Source: a virus
Direction: 5' to 3' (one strand)
Length of the DNA: 64,000 nt
Virus record (IMG/VR): IMGVR_UViG_3300029850_000008
The translations under genes and the position numbers were made by a program. Below, piece after piece: positions 54,116-63,589 of the stretch (position 1 is its first letter; each line of letters begins with the position of its first letter). The notes beneath the pieces are model-generated. The model did not search any database, had not been told where the DNA came from, and saw only the letters and a list, made by a program, of their open reading frames with translations.

Positions 54116-54238
54116 ATGGGTAAACATAATGAATTAGAAGCTGTCTATACTGGCCGCCAATTAGAAGAAAAATACAATATTGTAAAGGACTATTTAATAT
54201 TGAAAACCCACACCACAAAGGTGTTTAAATATAAATAA
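54116..54238 (+). CDS. small hypothetical protein (40 aa)
   Basis: Strong SD AGGAGG then ATG 54116, TAA 54236-38. Confidence 0.4.
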   Translation: MGKHNELEAVYTGRQLEEKYNIVKDYLILKTHTTKVFKYK

Positions 54239-54275
54239 AACTGAAATTTAATAAATTCTGAAAGGAGAAATCAAT

Positions 54276-55058
54276 ATGACACCAAACCAAAAACGAAAAT
54301 CAGTAATTGATAAGTACGATGAAATTATTGGAAGAAACATATATAACCAGACGCTTCGGGACTGGTGCTACAAGCCATATAAAGATGGAAAATACTACAG
54401 TGATTGTTCTTCTTCCATCTGCTATGCCTACAAAGAAGCAGGACTCGGATTTGGAATTTTGAATACCGCAGGAATGTATAATTCCAAGAAATTGACCACA
54501 GTCAATGTGGAGATCAAGGACGGCATTCCAAATGAGAAAGATTTGAGAATGGGAGATATGCTTCTGTTTGCCGGAAATGATTCTAGTAGACCTCTTCGTA
54601 TTGGCCACGTAGAAATGTATGTTGGAGGCGGTAAAATTTGTGGGCATGGAAGCGGAAGACCATCTTACAAGGACTTGAAAACATACTGCAAAAACCGCTA
54701 CAATTCATTTGCTCCTGGTGGATGGAGAAAAGGCGTTGTGTGTGTAAAAAGATATATCCAAGATGAAACTGAACCAGAAGGATGGGTAAAAGATTCTCAT
54801 GGTTGGTGGTGGAGTAATGGAGACGGAACATTTGCTAAAAGCGAATGGAAACTGATTAATCATCATTGGTATCTCTTTGGCGCAAACGGATATATCAGAA
54901 AAGGCTGGCACCGTTGGAATCCAGACACAAAACAGGTAGATCCATTTGACGGATCTGGAGATTGGTATTTCTTGGACGATACAGAAAATGGAGATTTTGA
55001 AGGTGCTTGCTGGCATAGCCGGGACAACGGGGCACAAGAAATCTGGTATGTTGAGTAA
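54276..55058 (+). CDS. endolysin: NlpC/P60-type peptidase plus cell-wall-binding repeats
   Basis: Catalytic DCSSSICYAY and GHVEMYVGGG; C-terminal GW..WW/WY repeats (CW_binding_1-like). Confidence 0.85.
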   Translation: MTPNQKRKSVIDKYDEIIGRNIYNQTLRDWCYKPYKDGKYYSDCSSSICYAYKEAGLGFGILNTAGMYNSKKLTTVNVEIKDGIPNEKDLRMGDMLLFAGNDSSRPLRIGHVEMYVGGGKICGHGSGRPSYKDLKTYCKNRYNSFAPGGWRKGVVCVKRYIQDETEPEGWVKDSHGWWWSNGDGTFAKSEWKLINHHWYLFGANGYIRKGWHRWNPDTKQVDPFDGSGDWYFLDDTENGDFEGACWHSRDNGAQEIWYVE

Positions 55059-55088
55059 CTATTAATTTTTCATAGATGGAGGTTTATT

Positions 55089-55484
55089 ATGTCGGAGCAG
55101 TTAAAATTATCAAATGGGCAAGTATATGACCTTGTTACCGATGGTGTGCAACAGAGTGGAGATAACCTGGTTTTAAAGTTCCAACCATCGTTTAAAACAT
55201 TTGCAGGGATTGAAAATGATTTTGATGATGAGTCAAAAACAGAGAAAATCTATGTTTTGGATTCTGCCGGAGAAACCATGATGTCTCTTGTTGGATACAC
55301 CCAGTATAAGGGCATGGAAAAGATTATGAATTATGTGATTTCCTCTGAACTGGTGGATGGAGAAACTAAGGATGTAACGGCAGTAATATATAAGGTAAAT
55401 CTGTCCAAACCAGATATTCAGAAGAAAGTCCAGGATATCCAGGATACCGTTGACATGTTAGTAGCAGATCAGTTAGGAGTGTGA
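55089..55484 (+). CDS. hypothetical protein
   Basis: SD GGAGG then ATG 55089. Confidence 0.5.
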   Translation: MSEQLKLSNGQVYDLVTDGVQQSGDNLVLKFQPSFKTFAGIENDFDDESKTEKIYVLDSAGETMMSLVGYTQYKGMEKIMNYVISSELVDGETKDVTAVIYKVNLSKPDIQKKVQDIQDTVDMLVADQLGV

Positions 55485-55488
55485 TAGT

Positions 55489-55611
55489 ATGTATAACACA
55501 TTGAAGCGTATGTATTTAACAGGGAAGCTCACCAAAGAGGGATTGGACAAGGCAGTTTTAAAAGGTTGGATTACACTGGAACAGGAAAATGAGATTCTTT
55601 CTTTGAAATAG
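55489..55611 (+). CDS. XkdX-family small protein
   Basis: MYNTLKRMYLTGKLTKEGLDKAVLKGWITLEQENEIL matches the XkdX pattern; 40 aa. Confidence 0.6.
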   Translation: MYNTLKRMYLTGKLTKEGLDKAVLKGWITLEQENEILSLK

Positions 55612-55678
55612 AAAGGCGGTGATCCGTTTCTCCGGGTCCGGCGGTAACCGGGCGGCCTAAAGCCATCAAATGAAGAAA

Positions 55679-55716
55679 GGGGCAGAACATCCATAGAGAT
55701 GCTGCCCCTGTTTTTT
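55679..55716. terminator. bidirectional terminator between lysis and lysogeny modules
   Basis: GGGGCAG-loop-CTGCCCC followed by TGTTTTTTT. Confidence 0.6.
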
Positions 55717-56312
55717 TATTTTTTGATTGAGATAAGCGTATATCCATTTTCTCCGGCATATGCCGCTGATCGCCCTTTTGTAAGTGCATTTTTTAACGTT
55801 TCCACATCCGGCATGATTTGATCAGATCCAACAAGTTCTTCGTGCGCCTGTTCCATGGTGAAGTTGTCCAGGATTAACTGACACACATTGACTCTGGAAC
55901 GCATGGTACAGTGGTTGTTTGCGGTCAGCATGTTAAGCTGTTCGTGAAAAGAACTTCCAGTATTTCCAAACATACAGAATGCAAGTTGGCGAATATCACG
56001 TTCGCTACACTGATTATTGATATACGCATGAACACAATCTTTAATTTGCTGGATGCTGGAATCTTGTGTATCAAAATGATTTCTGTATTTGTAATTCAGA
56101 ATATACAGTTCCATATTAATTCCAAGAGCATCAAACCATTTTTCCAATGTCCGGTATCCTGGTTCTCCAACACCGGATTCCCAGTTCTGGATCGTGTTTA
56201 CTGATTTTCCAAGAGCCTGCGCCATGTATTTCTGCGTTTTGCCTGCGTCAGTTCTGGATTTTGCAAGCATAGCACCAAATCTCTGAGCATTTTCTAAATC
56301 TGTCATTGCCAT
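55716..56312 (-). CDS. XRE-family HTH protein with C-terminal extension
   Basis: KTQKYMAQALGKSVNTIQNWESG HTH. Confidence 0.75.
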   Translation of the reverse strand: MAMTDLENAQRFGAMLAKSRTDAGKTQKYMAQALGKSVNTIQNWESGVGEPGYRTLEKWFDALGINMELYILNYKYRNHFDTQDSSIQQIKDCVHAYINNQCSERDIRQLAFCMFGNTGSSFHEQLNMLTANNHCTMRSRVNVCQLILDNFTMEQAHEELVGSDQIMPDVETLKNALTKGRSAAYAGENGYTLISIKK

Positions 56313-56975
56313 AAAAAATCATCTCCCGTTCAAAGATTTTAACCCAAAAAATTATGGGTGTCCTAAAAAAAATATGGGCATAAAAAATTATGCCCATCGT
56401 TGGTAAAAGAACAGTATAAAAATTATGCATAAATTTGAAGAAAATCTGCTGAACACATTCCTGCTAGATTAGTAATATCATAGTAACATATAGGAAATAA
56501 TATACAAGTATAATACATCAATATTTTAGATATTTCAAGTGTTTTCTGGAATTGTTTCCATGAAAAACGCATATGATGTAATAAAAGGAGTGTGGCGGTA
56601 CGAAAAAGTTTAGTGTATGGGCAATTTTAATTGTAGTTTTGATTACGTCTACTTTGGTAAAAACAGACATATCATCTTCTGGAAAGCATAATTACAAGAT
56701 AATTCACCAGGATTGTAGTAAGACCATTATTGGGAACAACATTAAAACAACGGCAGTCAAGAAGCTACAACCAGTCAGTCCAGATATTACCGCAAGAGTA
56801 AACGGTGGTCATTTGATTCACAACAATAAGGTTCAGAAAATTTTTCTGATAGACAACCGGGAACGAAAAACAAAAATCCTTTTACGGAAGCAAAGAGCCA
56901 GAAGTAGTATCGACAAAAACGGACATATGTTCTATCATATAACCAGGCGATCATATTCAGTAAAGGGGTTAGAAT

Positions 56976-57086
56976 ATGGAAGATTACAAAGAAAAGATTA
57001 TAGAAATTGTGGAAAAGGTTGACAATGAGAAACTTCTTAGGTATATATGGATTATATTGGTAGATTTGACTGGTTTGGAAAAATGA
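56976..57086 (+). CDS. small hypothetical protein (36 aa)
   Basis: SD AAAGGGG then ATG 56976, TGA 57084-86. Confidence 0.3.
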   Translation: MEDYKEKIIEIVEKVDNEKLLRYIWIILVDLTGLEK

Positions 57087-57102
57087 AGGGAGTTGAGACA
57101 TA

Positions 57103-57405
57103 ATGATATTTTGTAAGAAAAATAGAACAAAAAAGCCTTACCGCATAGATACATCACGGAAAGGCTTTGAATATGTCGGCATAAAGCTAACAGAAGAACA
57201 GTTCCATGATCTGACAAATTTAGATATCCTTTGGAAAGGAAGTAGAAAAGATACTCCTGTTCTTAATACACTTGTTATGATGAAAATTCTTGGACTACTT
57301 CCACCCGAAATGATTTGCGATAGCAGCAACGGTAACTCCGATAATGATTCCAATAGCGATATCTACACTTCTCTGGAACGTAAATTTGGTAAGGTTATAA
57401 GATGA
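57103..57405 (+). CDS. hypothetical protein (doubtful; overlaps convergent ORF)
   Basis: Track ORF; 3' 110 nt overlap the minus-strand ORF 57295..57678. Confidence 0.3.
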   Translation: MIFCKKNRTKKPYRIDTSRKGFEYVGIKLTEEQFHDLTNLDILWKGSRKDTPVLNTLVMMKILGLLPPEMICDSSNGNSDNDSNSDIYTSLERKFGKVIR

Positions 57406-57678
57406 TTGTAGCAGAATTTTCTTAGCTTTTTTAGATGTCGATGGAAATAACCTATTGTATGCTTCAAGCCCTAAATCAGTAACGTGAATATCATAAGAAG
57501 ATGTTTGAAGTGTATAATGTTTAGTGTTTAGCGATTCGATAAATGGAATCAAGGAAAAATCATCGCATTTCAAAGTTTCCGTTATATCATCGAACATGGA
57601 ATTATGGCTATCATCCATACATTCGATGATTGCTTTTAAAACGTTTTCTTCTGATAACATATCATACCACCTATTCAT
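57295..57678 (-). CDS. membrane-anchored protein downstream of the repressor
   Basis: C-terminal VDIAIGIIIGVTVAAIANHFGW transmembrane segment; same strand as and just after the cI-like gene. Confidence 0.5.
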   Translation of the reverse strand: MNRWYDMLSEENVLKAIIECMDDSHNSMFDDITETLKCDDFSLIPFIESLNTKHYTLQTSSYDIHVTDLGLEAYNRLFPSTSKKAKKILLQSSYNLTKFTFQRSVDIAIGIIIGVTVAAIANHFGWK

Positions 57679-57725
57679 AAAATATATTTTGGCATCTGGA
57701 AGATATTTTCCAGGTGCCTTTTCTG

Positions 57726-58085
57726 TTATTCTGAGAGAAAATTAATCAGTTCAATTACGTGCTTCTTCTTAGCTTCAGATAGTTCGAAGTATTTCTGCAA
57801 TGCTTTGGACAACTCTGGGTCTCTTACCAGTTTTGCTACCAGATGGGCGGATTCATCAGAAAAATCTGGTTCCGGCTCTTTTCCTGTCATTAGAAAGTCT
57901 ATACTTACATCTAAAAAATCCGCAACTTCCATAATTCTACTACTAGGGATATCTTTTGCCTTTGAGAGAGAACCATTGCTATATCCTAATATATGCTCAA
58001 GTGTAGTAAGGCTTATATTCTTCTTTTCTCTACATAGTGTCTTTATTCGTTCTAGAACTGTCATGTGATTACTCCTTTTAAACAA
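57726..58085 (-). CDS. cI-like XRE-family repressor
   Basis: ISLTTLEHILGYSNGSLSKAK HTH; divergent from the cro-like gene across the operator array. Confidence 0.8.
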   Translation of the reverse strand: MFKRSNHMTVLERIKTLCREKKNISLTTLEHILGYSNGSLSKAKDIPSSRIMEVADFLDVSIDFLMTGKEPEPDFSDESAHLVAKLVRDPELSKALQKYFELSEAKKKHVIELINFLSE

Positions 58086-58109
58086 CTAGAAAAAAATCTA
58101 TAAAAGGGC

Positions 58110-58230
58110 TTGACAAACTAGAACATGTTCTATATACTAGCCTTATGAACTAGAGGATGTTCTAGTTCAAGACATAAATATAGAAGATGTTCTCTTTGTG
58201 TGTGGTAACTCAATTTTAGAACATCTTCTA
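58110..58230. promoter_or_regulatory. genetic-switch region: promoter plus four 14-bp palindromic operators
   Basis: TTGACA 58110-15, 17-bp spacer, TATACT 58133-38; TAGAACATGTTCTA 58119, TAGAGGATGTTCTA 58151, TAGAAGATGTTCTC 58181, TAGAACATCTTCTA 58217. Confidence 0.7.
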
Positions 58231-58272
58231 ATAAAAGTCAAGATAATTAAAAGGAAAGGAGAGTAAAACATA

Positions 58273-58464
58273 GTGGTTTATAACAATGTAATTGAATATT
58301 GCAGCAAGCACAATCTTTCAATTTTTGCATTTGAACAGAAATGCGGTATTGGAAATGGAACTGTGGCGAAATGGAAAGAAAAGAATTATGAGCCTAGTAT
58401 TCCAACTTTGCAAAAAATTGTGAATGCAACAAATATCCCGATTGCAGAATGGCTTAAGGAATAG
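58273..58464 (+). CDS. Cro-like XRE HTH protein
   Basis: GTG 58273; FAFEQKCGIGNGTVAKWK HTH; 63 aa. Confidence 0.7.
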   Translation: MVYNNVIEYCSKHNLSIFAFEQKCGIGNGTVAKWKEKNYEPSIPTLQKIVNATNIPIAEWLKE

Positions 58465-58477
58465 GGGGTGACAAATT

Positions 58478-59272
58478 ATGAATAGCTTACAAGTTTTTAA
58501 TTCGGCGGAATTCGGAGAGGTGAGGACAGTAACCATTGATAATGAACCGTGGTTTGTTGGTAAGGATATTGCAGAAGTATTGGGGTATGGAAATTCAAGA
58601 GATGCGTTGACAACCCATGTTGATGATGAGGATAAGACAATCATTCAAAGGTCGGATTTTCCGACTTTAGAAATTCCAAATAGAGGAATGGTAATTATCA
58701 ACGAGTCAGGATTATACAGTTTAATACTTTCCAGTAAACTTCCAACAGCAAAGAGATTTAAGCATTGGGTCACAAATGAGGTTCTTCCAGCTATTAGGAA
58801 AAACGGCGGTTATATCGCAGGGCAGGAAAATCTTTCTGATGCCGAGTTGATGGCGAAAGCAATCTTGGTGGCACAGAGAACCATCGAAGAGAAGAACAAG
58901 GTGATTGAACAGCAACGTCAGAAAATTGAGACAGATAAGCCAAAGACAATTTTCGCTGATGCGGTTTCCACAAGCAAAACATCAATTCTCATTGGAGACT
59001 TGGCGAAGCTGATTTGCCAGAACGGTTACAAGATCGGTCAGAAGAGATTGTTTCAGTGGATGCGAGATAACGGATATCTGATGAAGAAAGGCTTTTCTTA
59101 CAATATGCCAACACAGAGATATGTGGAACAGGGATTATTTGAAGTAAAAGAAAGCAACGTCCAGAATCCAGATGGTTCCGTTCGGATTACACGCACAACA
59201 AAGGTAAGCGGCAAAGGGCAAGTTTACTTTGTAAACAAATTTCTGGGAAGAAAGGAAACATTAGATGATTAG
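58478..59272 (+). CDS. Bro-N / KilAC-type antirepressor
   Basis: LQVFNSAEFGEVRTVTIDNEPWFVGKDIAEVLGY ... FKHWVTNEVLPAIRKNGGY. Confidence 0.8.
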   Translation: MNSLQVFNSAEFGEVRTVTIDNEPWFVGKDIAEVLGYGNSRDALTTHVDDEDKTIIQRSDFPTLEIPNRGMVIINESGLYSLILSSKLPTAKRFKHWVTNEVLPAIRKNGGYIAGQENLSDAELMAKAILVAQRTIEEKNKVIEQQRQKIETDKPKTIFADAVSTSKTSILIGDLAKLICQNGYKIGQKRLFQWMRDNGYLMKKGFSYNMPTQRYVEQGLFEVKESNVQNPDGSVRITRTTKVSGKGQVYFVNKFLGRKETLDD

Positions 59273-59597
59273 TGACTATGTTCCAGAAAATCCGGCAGAA
59301 GAATTGTTTGAACTGGTCGGAAGAATCAAGGCGTTTGCGGCATATGTCAATAATTCAAAATACGATATTGACAGAAGGACTTGTGCCGATATGCTTGGGT
59401 TCAAATTAAATGAAATGGTTGGAGAGAAATATCATGAAATATTACCAGTATATCCCATTTCCAAAACTTCGGAAGATGTACCGAAAAGAGAGGGAACACA
59501 AAGAGATGATAAAAAGTGTAGCAATCGGTCTGGTATGGATTTTGGTAATTGTGAGATTCCTTTTACTAGGGACGAATTAAAAATGCCCCGGCGGTGA
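59265..59597 (+). CDS. hypothetical protein
   Basis: Track ORF overlapping the upstream stop. Confidence 0.5.
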   Translation: MISDYVPENPAEELFELVGRIKAFAAYVNNSKYDIDRRTCADMLGFKLNEMVGEKYHEILPVYPISKTSEDVPKREGTQRDDKKCSNRSGMDFGNCEIPFTRDELKMPRR

Positions 59598-59701
59598 TGG
59601 CGCACCAACCGGAGCGAGCACCCACTAAAGCACACTTAGCGGATACATGGATAGTATAACATAAATTCTCCTGTATCTGCAAGGGTTAGGAGGATTATTT
59701 T

Positions 59702-60004
59702 ATGGAAGAGAACAATAAAAAATGGGAAAATGTGGAACACCAATTAGCAAGTGAGCTAATTTCGGGAAGTGTACGGCAGGCAAAAGCGAAGGATTTCGCT
59801 ATCTGGTGTTTGACGGTGGCGATTGTGATTATCGGAATCGGAATGTCAGCGATCAATTACAAGAATGACTGCGACTGGAGAAAACTGTTCAGTTCGTATG
59901 ACTATGTTTCACAGGATGGAAATGGTCAGAATTATTATAACGCAGATGTAGGAGGTGATGTATTAAATGGGGCAACGAGTACGGAGACAGAAGAACAGAA
60001 ATAG
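59702..60004 (+). CDS. single-pass membrane protein
   Basis: SD AGGAGGA then ATG 59702; FAIWCLTVAIVIIGIGMSAI transmembrane segment. Confidence 0.5.
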   Translation: MEENNKKWENVEHQLASELISGSVRQAKAKDFAIWCLTVAIVIIGIGMSAINYKNDCDWRKLFSSYDYVSQDGNGQNYYNADVGGDVLNGATSTETEEQK

Positions 60005-60031
60005 CGTTAAGTGTACAAAGAGGAGACGAAG

Positions 60032-60709
60032 ATGATGAGAAAATTTCTGGTATTTGCATTTGCAGTGATTTTAATGGCTGAATCAATCACACTTGGAACT
60101 TCCATGATTTACGAGGAAATTCCAGTAGTAGAAAAGGCAACGATAGAATCGAAGCCAAGAAAACTGATTGTGAACAATATTCAAAAAGAAGAAACACAAT
60201 CAGATATGTTGGAAGAAACAGCTCCAGATCCGATTGATTCCAGAATCTATTACACAGTAGTTGACCAGGGCGAAAGGGTGACACTTCATAGGGATTTGCA
60301 AGATCATGTCTATGAGATGTGTGAGAAATACGGAATCCAGGGATTTGAGAAAGTAATCATTGCAAAGCTATACAAGGAATCTTCTTTCAGACCGGATGCA
60401 ATCCATTACAACAGTAACGGTAGCTTTGATTCTGGAATGGCACAAATCAATTCCACAAACCAGAAAAGGCTTTCCAGAGATATCGGAATCACGGATTTTT
60501 ATGACCCGGTTCAGAGCATAGAAGCTGGCGTGTATATGTTTTCCGAATGCTTAAACGCCAATGACAGAAACGTTGATGCTGCACTGGTGGCATATAACAC
60601 AGGAAAGAATGGAATGGTATCTGGAAACAAATACTCAAATGCAATACAAGAAATCATAAAAAACATGGAGGAATGGCATGATTGGGATAAGCAAAAATTG
60701 TGTCAATGA
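60032..60709 (+). CDS. membrane-anchored lytic transglycosylase (SLT domain)
   Basis: LYKESSF catalytic Glu-Ser, GMAQIN, AYNTG motifs; N-terminal anchor; ATG 60032. Confidence 0.8.
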   Translation: MMRKFLVFAFAVILMAESITLGTSMIYEEIPVVEKATIESKPRKLIVNNIQKEETQSDMLEETAPDPIDSRIYYTVVDQGERVTLHRDLQDHVYEMCEKYGIQGFEKVIIAKLYKESSFRPDAIHYNSNGSFDSGMAQINSTNQKRLSRDIGITDFYDPVQSIEAGVYMFSECLNANDRNVDAALVAYNTGKNGMVSGNKYSNAIQEIIKNMEEWHDWDKQKLCQ

Positions 60710-61316
60710 AGTTACAATCATTGGAACAATTTCAGAAAATTTTGAATTCGACCATGAAGCCTATGGGAAAAAATATTTCCATTCATATATTTGTGCCGAG
60801 CGAAATAGCAAATATGTGGATCGGATTTTGATGGTGGTTCCAGAAGATATCATTGATGAAAATGAAGATTATGTGGGGCAACGTGTATTTGCCATTGGTC
60901 ATTATCTATCTCATGAATATCATGATGAAAACAATAAATACCATGTCAAATATTATTTCGCTGCTAATCAATTCGATATTTCCAGCAAAACAAATGATTG
61001 GAATGAGATCATCTTAAAAGGTTATGTCTGCAAAAAGCTAGTAAAAGAAAGAATTAGCGCAGGATTGACCATATTGAAATTAGCAATTAACAGAGAACAT
61101 GGATGTGATTATCTCCATTGTTTATTCTGGGGGGATAATTCTCGAATAGCAGCAAACCTTGAGATAGGAGATATGGTTGAAATTTTTGGAAGAATTCAAA
61201 GCCGTGATTATATCAAAAAAACGGACAATGGACAGGAGATCAGAACCGCATATGAAATATCTGTCGCAGAAATTTTAGAAGTGGAGGAACGTCACATTGA
61301 AAGACATCAGAATTAA
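60678..61316 (+). CDS. tandem OB-fold (SSB/PriB-like) protein
   Basis: NEVTIIGTISENFEF and NEIILKGYVCKK repeat starts, GDMVEIFGRIQSRDY; by-eye only. Confidence 0.45.
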   Translation: MIGISKNCVNEVTIIGTISENFEFDHEAYGKKYFHSYICAERNSKYVDRILMVVPEDIIDENEDYVGQRVFAIGHYLSHEYHDENNKYHVKYYFAANQFDISSKTNDWNEIILKGYVCKKLVKERISAGLTILKLAINREHGCDYLHCLFWGDNSRIAANLEIGDMVEIFGRIQSRDYIKKTDNGQEIRTAYEISVAEILEVEERHIERHQN

Positions 61317-63333
61317 GAACATTTCCCTTACAGATTTTAAAGGGAAGAAAGAAGAATCCTATGATTTTGGAAGCGATGGTTCTGTCATTGTTTCTGGACG
61401 TAATGGAAGCGGAAAAACTACGATTGCGGATGCTTATTATTGGGCAATGGCTGATAAGGATTATTCCTTAAAAAGCAATCCAAACATAAGACCGGATGAT
61501 GGACGTGAGTGCATTCCAAGAGTGGATATTTGTCTGGAAATTGATGGAAAGCCGGTTAATGTGGCGAAGTTCCAGAAGAAAAGCGTATCAGAGTCCAGAG
61601 ACGGAAAAACTCGTGTGTCTCTTACAAACCGATATGAAATTAATGGAGTTGTTAAGACTGAAAGAGATTTTAAGTCTGATATGGCTGAAAAAGGGGTCGA
61701 TTTCGACACGTTTCTCATGCTTTCTCATATTGATTTCTATACCATGCAGAAGTCCGATGATATGAGAAAAATCCTTTTTGAAATGGTTGGAAATGCGACC
61801 GATGCAGAAATCGCAGCTAAGTTCCCAGAATTAAAGGAGCTTTCCAGTTTGTTAGAGTCGTACCGTCTGGATGAAATCTCAGCTATGTACAAAGCAATTA
61901 AGAAAAAAGCTGATGAACAAGTCGAGGTTTTGAAAAACCAGATTATCGGCATGGAGAAAGCAAAATGCGATGAATCCGATGTTGCGGAATATGAACTTCG
62001 AAAAAATGCGTTGGTTGACGAAATAAAGGTTATTGAAAACAAATTGGCTCAGATATCAAATGGAAATGGAAAAGAAGAACTTCTGAATCTGCTAAATGCC
62101 AAGATCGCTAAGAAGATGTTAATGGAGACCGAAGAGCAAGACAGGGTATCAAAATCTAGGAATGATTTGAACCAGAATATTTCTATGCTTAAATCCGAGA
62201 AGTCAAAAGAGGAATACAACCTCAGATCCGCTGAAATGGATTTGAATCATGCAAATATGGGAATCCAGAGAAATACATCAGATCTCCAGAATGCAAGGGT
62301 TGACTGGAGAAAACTTCACGATTCTGAGTATGACACTTCTGTATTGGAATCTATCAAGGCAGAGCAGTTTGACGAAGAGACATTGATTTGTCCTACTTGT
62401 GGTCAGATATTTCCAGATGAAAGAGCGGATCGTATAAGACAGGATTTTGAAAGTTCCAAAAATGAGCGGGTTGCCAGAGAAGAGAAAAATGCTGAAAGTT
62501 GGAAAACCAGAAAGGAAGAAAAACTGAAAGCAATCACATCAGTTGGTCAAACTGCATCTGAGAATTTAAAGGAATCAAAGGCCATGAAAGAGACTTCTGA
62601 ATTGGAAATTGAAAGATGCAAGGTGCATATCTCCGAACTCAGCCTTAAAATTGCCAACACAGAAGCAGAATTAAAGAAGATTCCGGTTAACGTGAATCTT
62701 TCTGAAAATGCTGAATATCAGATTTTGGTGTCAGAAATTCTCAGCATCAAGGAACAGATTGCCGGAATGAATCATCAGATTCTGACAGATTCCGAATCAC
62801 TGAATTCAGAATTACAGAAAAAGAAATCAGAGTTGCAGGAAGTTTGGAATGAGATCGCCAAGGCAGAAAACAATGTTCGAATTGATGAACAGATTGAAGA
62901 AGCGGAGAAAGCGAAAAAAGATTATATCCAGTCCGGTGCAGATGCAAAAATGATTTTAGACCAAGTAGAAATGCTTAAAATGAAGAAAAATATTGAATCT
63001 GAAAACAATGTGAATTCTTATTTTTCTGGTGTAAAAGTTAAGCTATTTGCATATCAGAAAAATGGTGATGCAGTAGATGCTTGTGATTGGAGCGTATGGG
63101 ATGATCAGAATGGAAAATGGACAAAGCTGATTGGATGTGCCAATACTGCCCTGGCAATAAAAGGAAAGGCTGGAATCATTTCTGGTTTGCAGAAATTCTT
63201 TGGGCTGAATTATCCTGTGTTTGTAGATTATGCAGCTGAATTGGACAACACCAGCATCAAGGCAATCAAAAATGACAATCAGATGATTTATCTGAAGGTA
63301 AATGATGAGAAACTTTGCGTTTCTACATTATAA
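61297..63333 (+). CDS. SMC/Rad50/SbcC-like ATPase with coiled coil and CxxC hook
   Basis: Walker A GRNGSGKTT, ~400-aa coiled coil with central CPTCGQ, C-terminal PVFVDYAAELD; TTG start after SD GGAGGA. Confidence 0.8.
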   Translation: MKDIRIKNISLTDFKGKKEESYDFGSDGSVIVSGRNGSGKTTIADAYYWAMADKDYSLKSNPNIRPDDGRECIPRVDICLEIDGKPVNVAKFQKKSVSESRDGKTRVSLTNRYEINGVVKTERDFKSDMAEKGVDFDTFLMLSHIDFYTMQKSDDMRKILFEMVGNATDAEIAAKFPELKELSSLLESYRLDEISAMYKAIKKKADEQVEVLKNQIIGMEKAKCDESDVAEYELRKNALVDEIKVIENKLAQISNGNGKEELLNLLNAKIAKKMLMETEEQDRVSKSRNDLNQNISMLKSEKSKEEYNLRSAEMDLNHANMGIQRNTSDLQNARVDWRKLHDSEYDTSVLESIKAEQFDEETLICPTCGQIFPDERADRIRQDFESSKNERVAREEKNAESWKTRKEEKLKAITSVGQTASENLKESKAMKETSELEIERCKVHISELSLKIANTEAELKKIPVNVNLSENAEYQILVSEILSIKEQIAGMNHQILTDSESLNSELQKKKSELQEVWNEIAKAENNVRIDEQIEEAEKAKKDYIQSGADAKMILDQVEMLKMKKNIESENNVNSYFSGVKVKLFAYQKNGDAVDACDWSVWDDQNGKWTKLIGCANTALAIKGKAGIISGLQKFFGLNYPVFVDYAAELDNTSIKAIKNDNQMIYLKVNDEKLCVSTL

Positions 63334-63355
63334 AAAATAAAAGGAGATTAAGATC

Positions 63356-63589
63356 ATGATTAAATATGAAAAAGGCCATGCGGAAGTCAAAGGTGAAAAA
63401 ACGCAAATTCTCGCTGAGTATACATGTATTACTAAAATGTTACTTGATGATTTCAGCGAAGAAGAACTGAAAAGTTGCATCAAATATGCAAAAATGTCGG
63501 AAGAAGAACTTGACAATGAAATCAGAAACAAAACAAAGGATATTATTGATTCGCTTTTTAATTCATTCTTTAAGCAGGAGGGAAACTGA
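63356..63589 (+). CDS. hypothetical protein
   Basis: SD AAGGAG then ATG 63356. Confidence 0.5.
   Translation: MIKYEKGHAEVKGEKTQILAEYTCITKMLLDDFSEEELKSCIKYAKMSEEELDNEIRNKTKDIIDSLFNSFFKQEGN

Noticed and set aside
56585-57022. 127-aa ORF (track 56639..57022) whose upstream in-frame extension looks like a signal anchor (KKFSVWAILIVVLITS)
   Set aside because: The hydrophobic N-terminus has no start codon before it. The only start is a TTG without an SD, and the 3' end overlaps an SD-led small ORF. It may be a decayed gene, and the evidence is too weak to call it.
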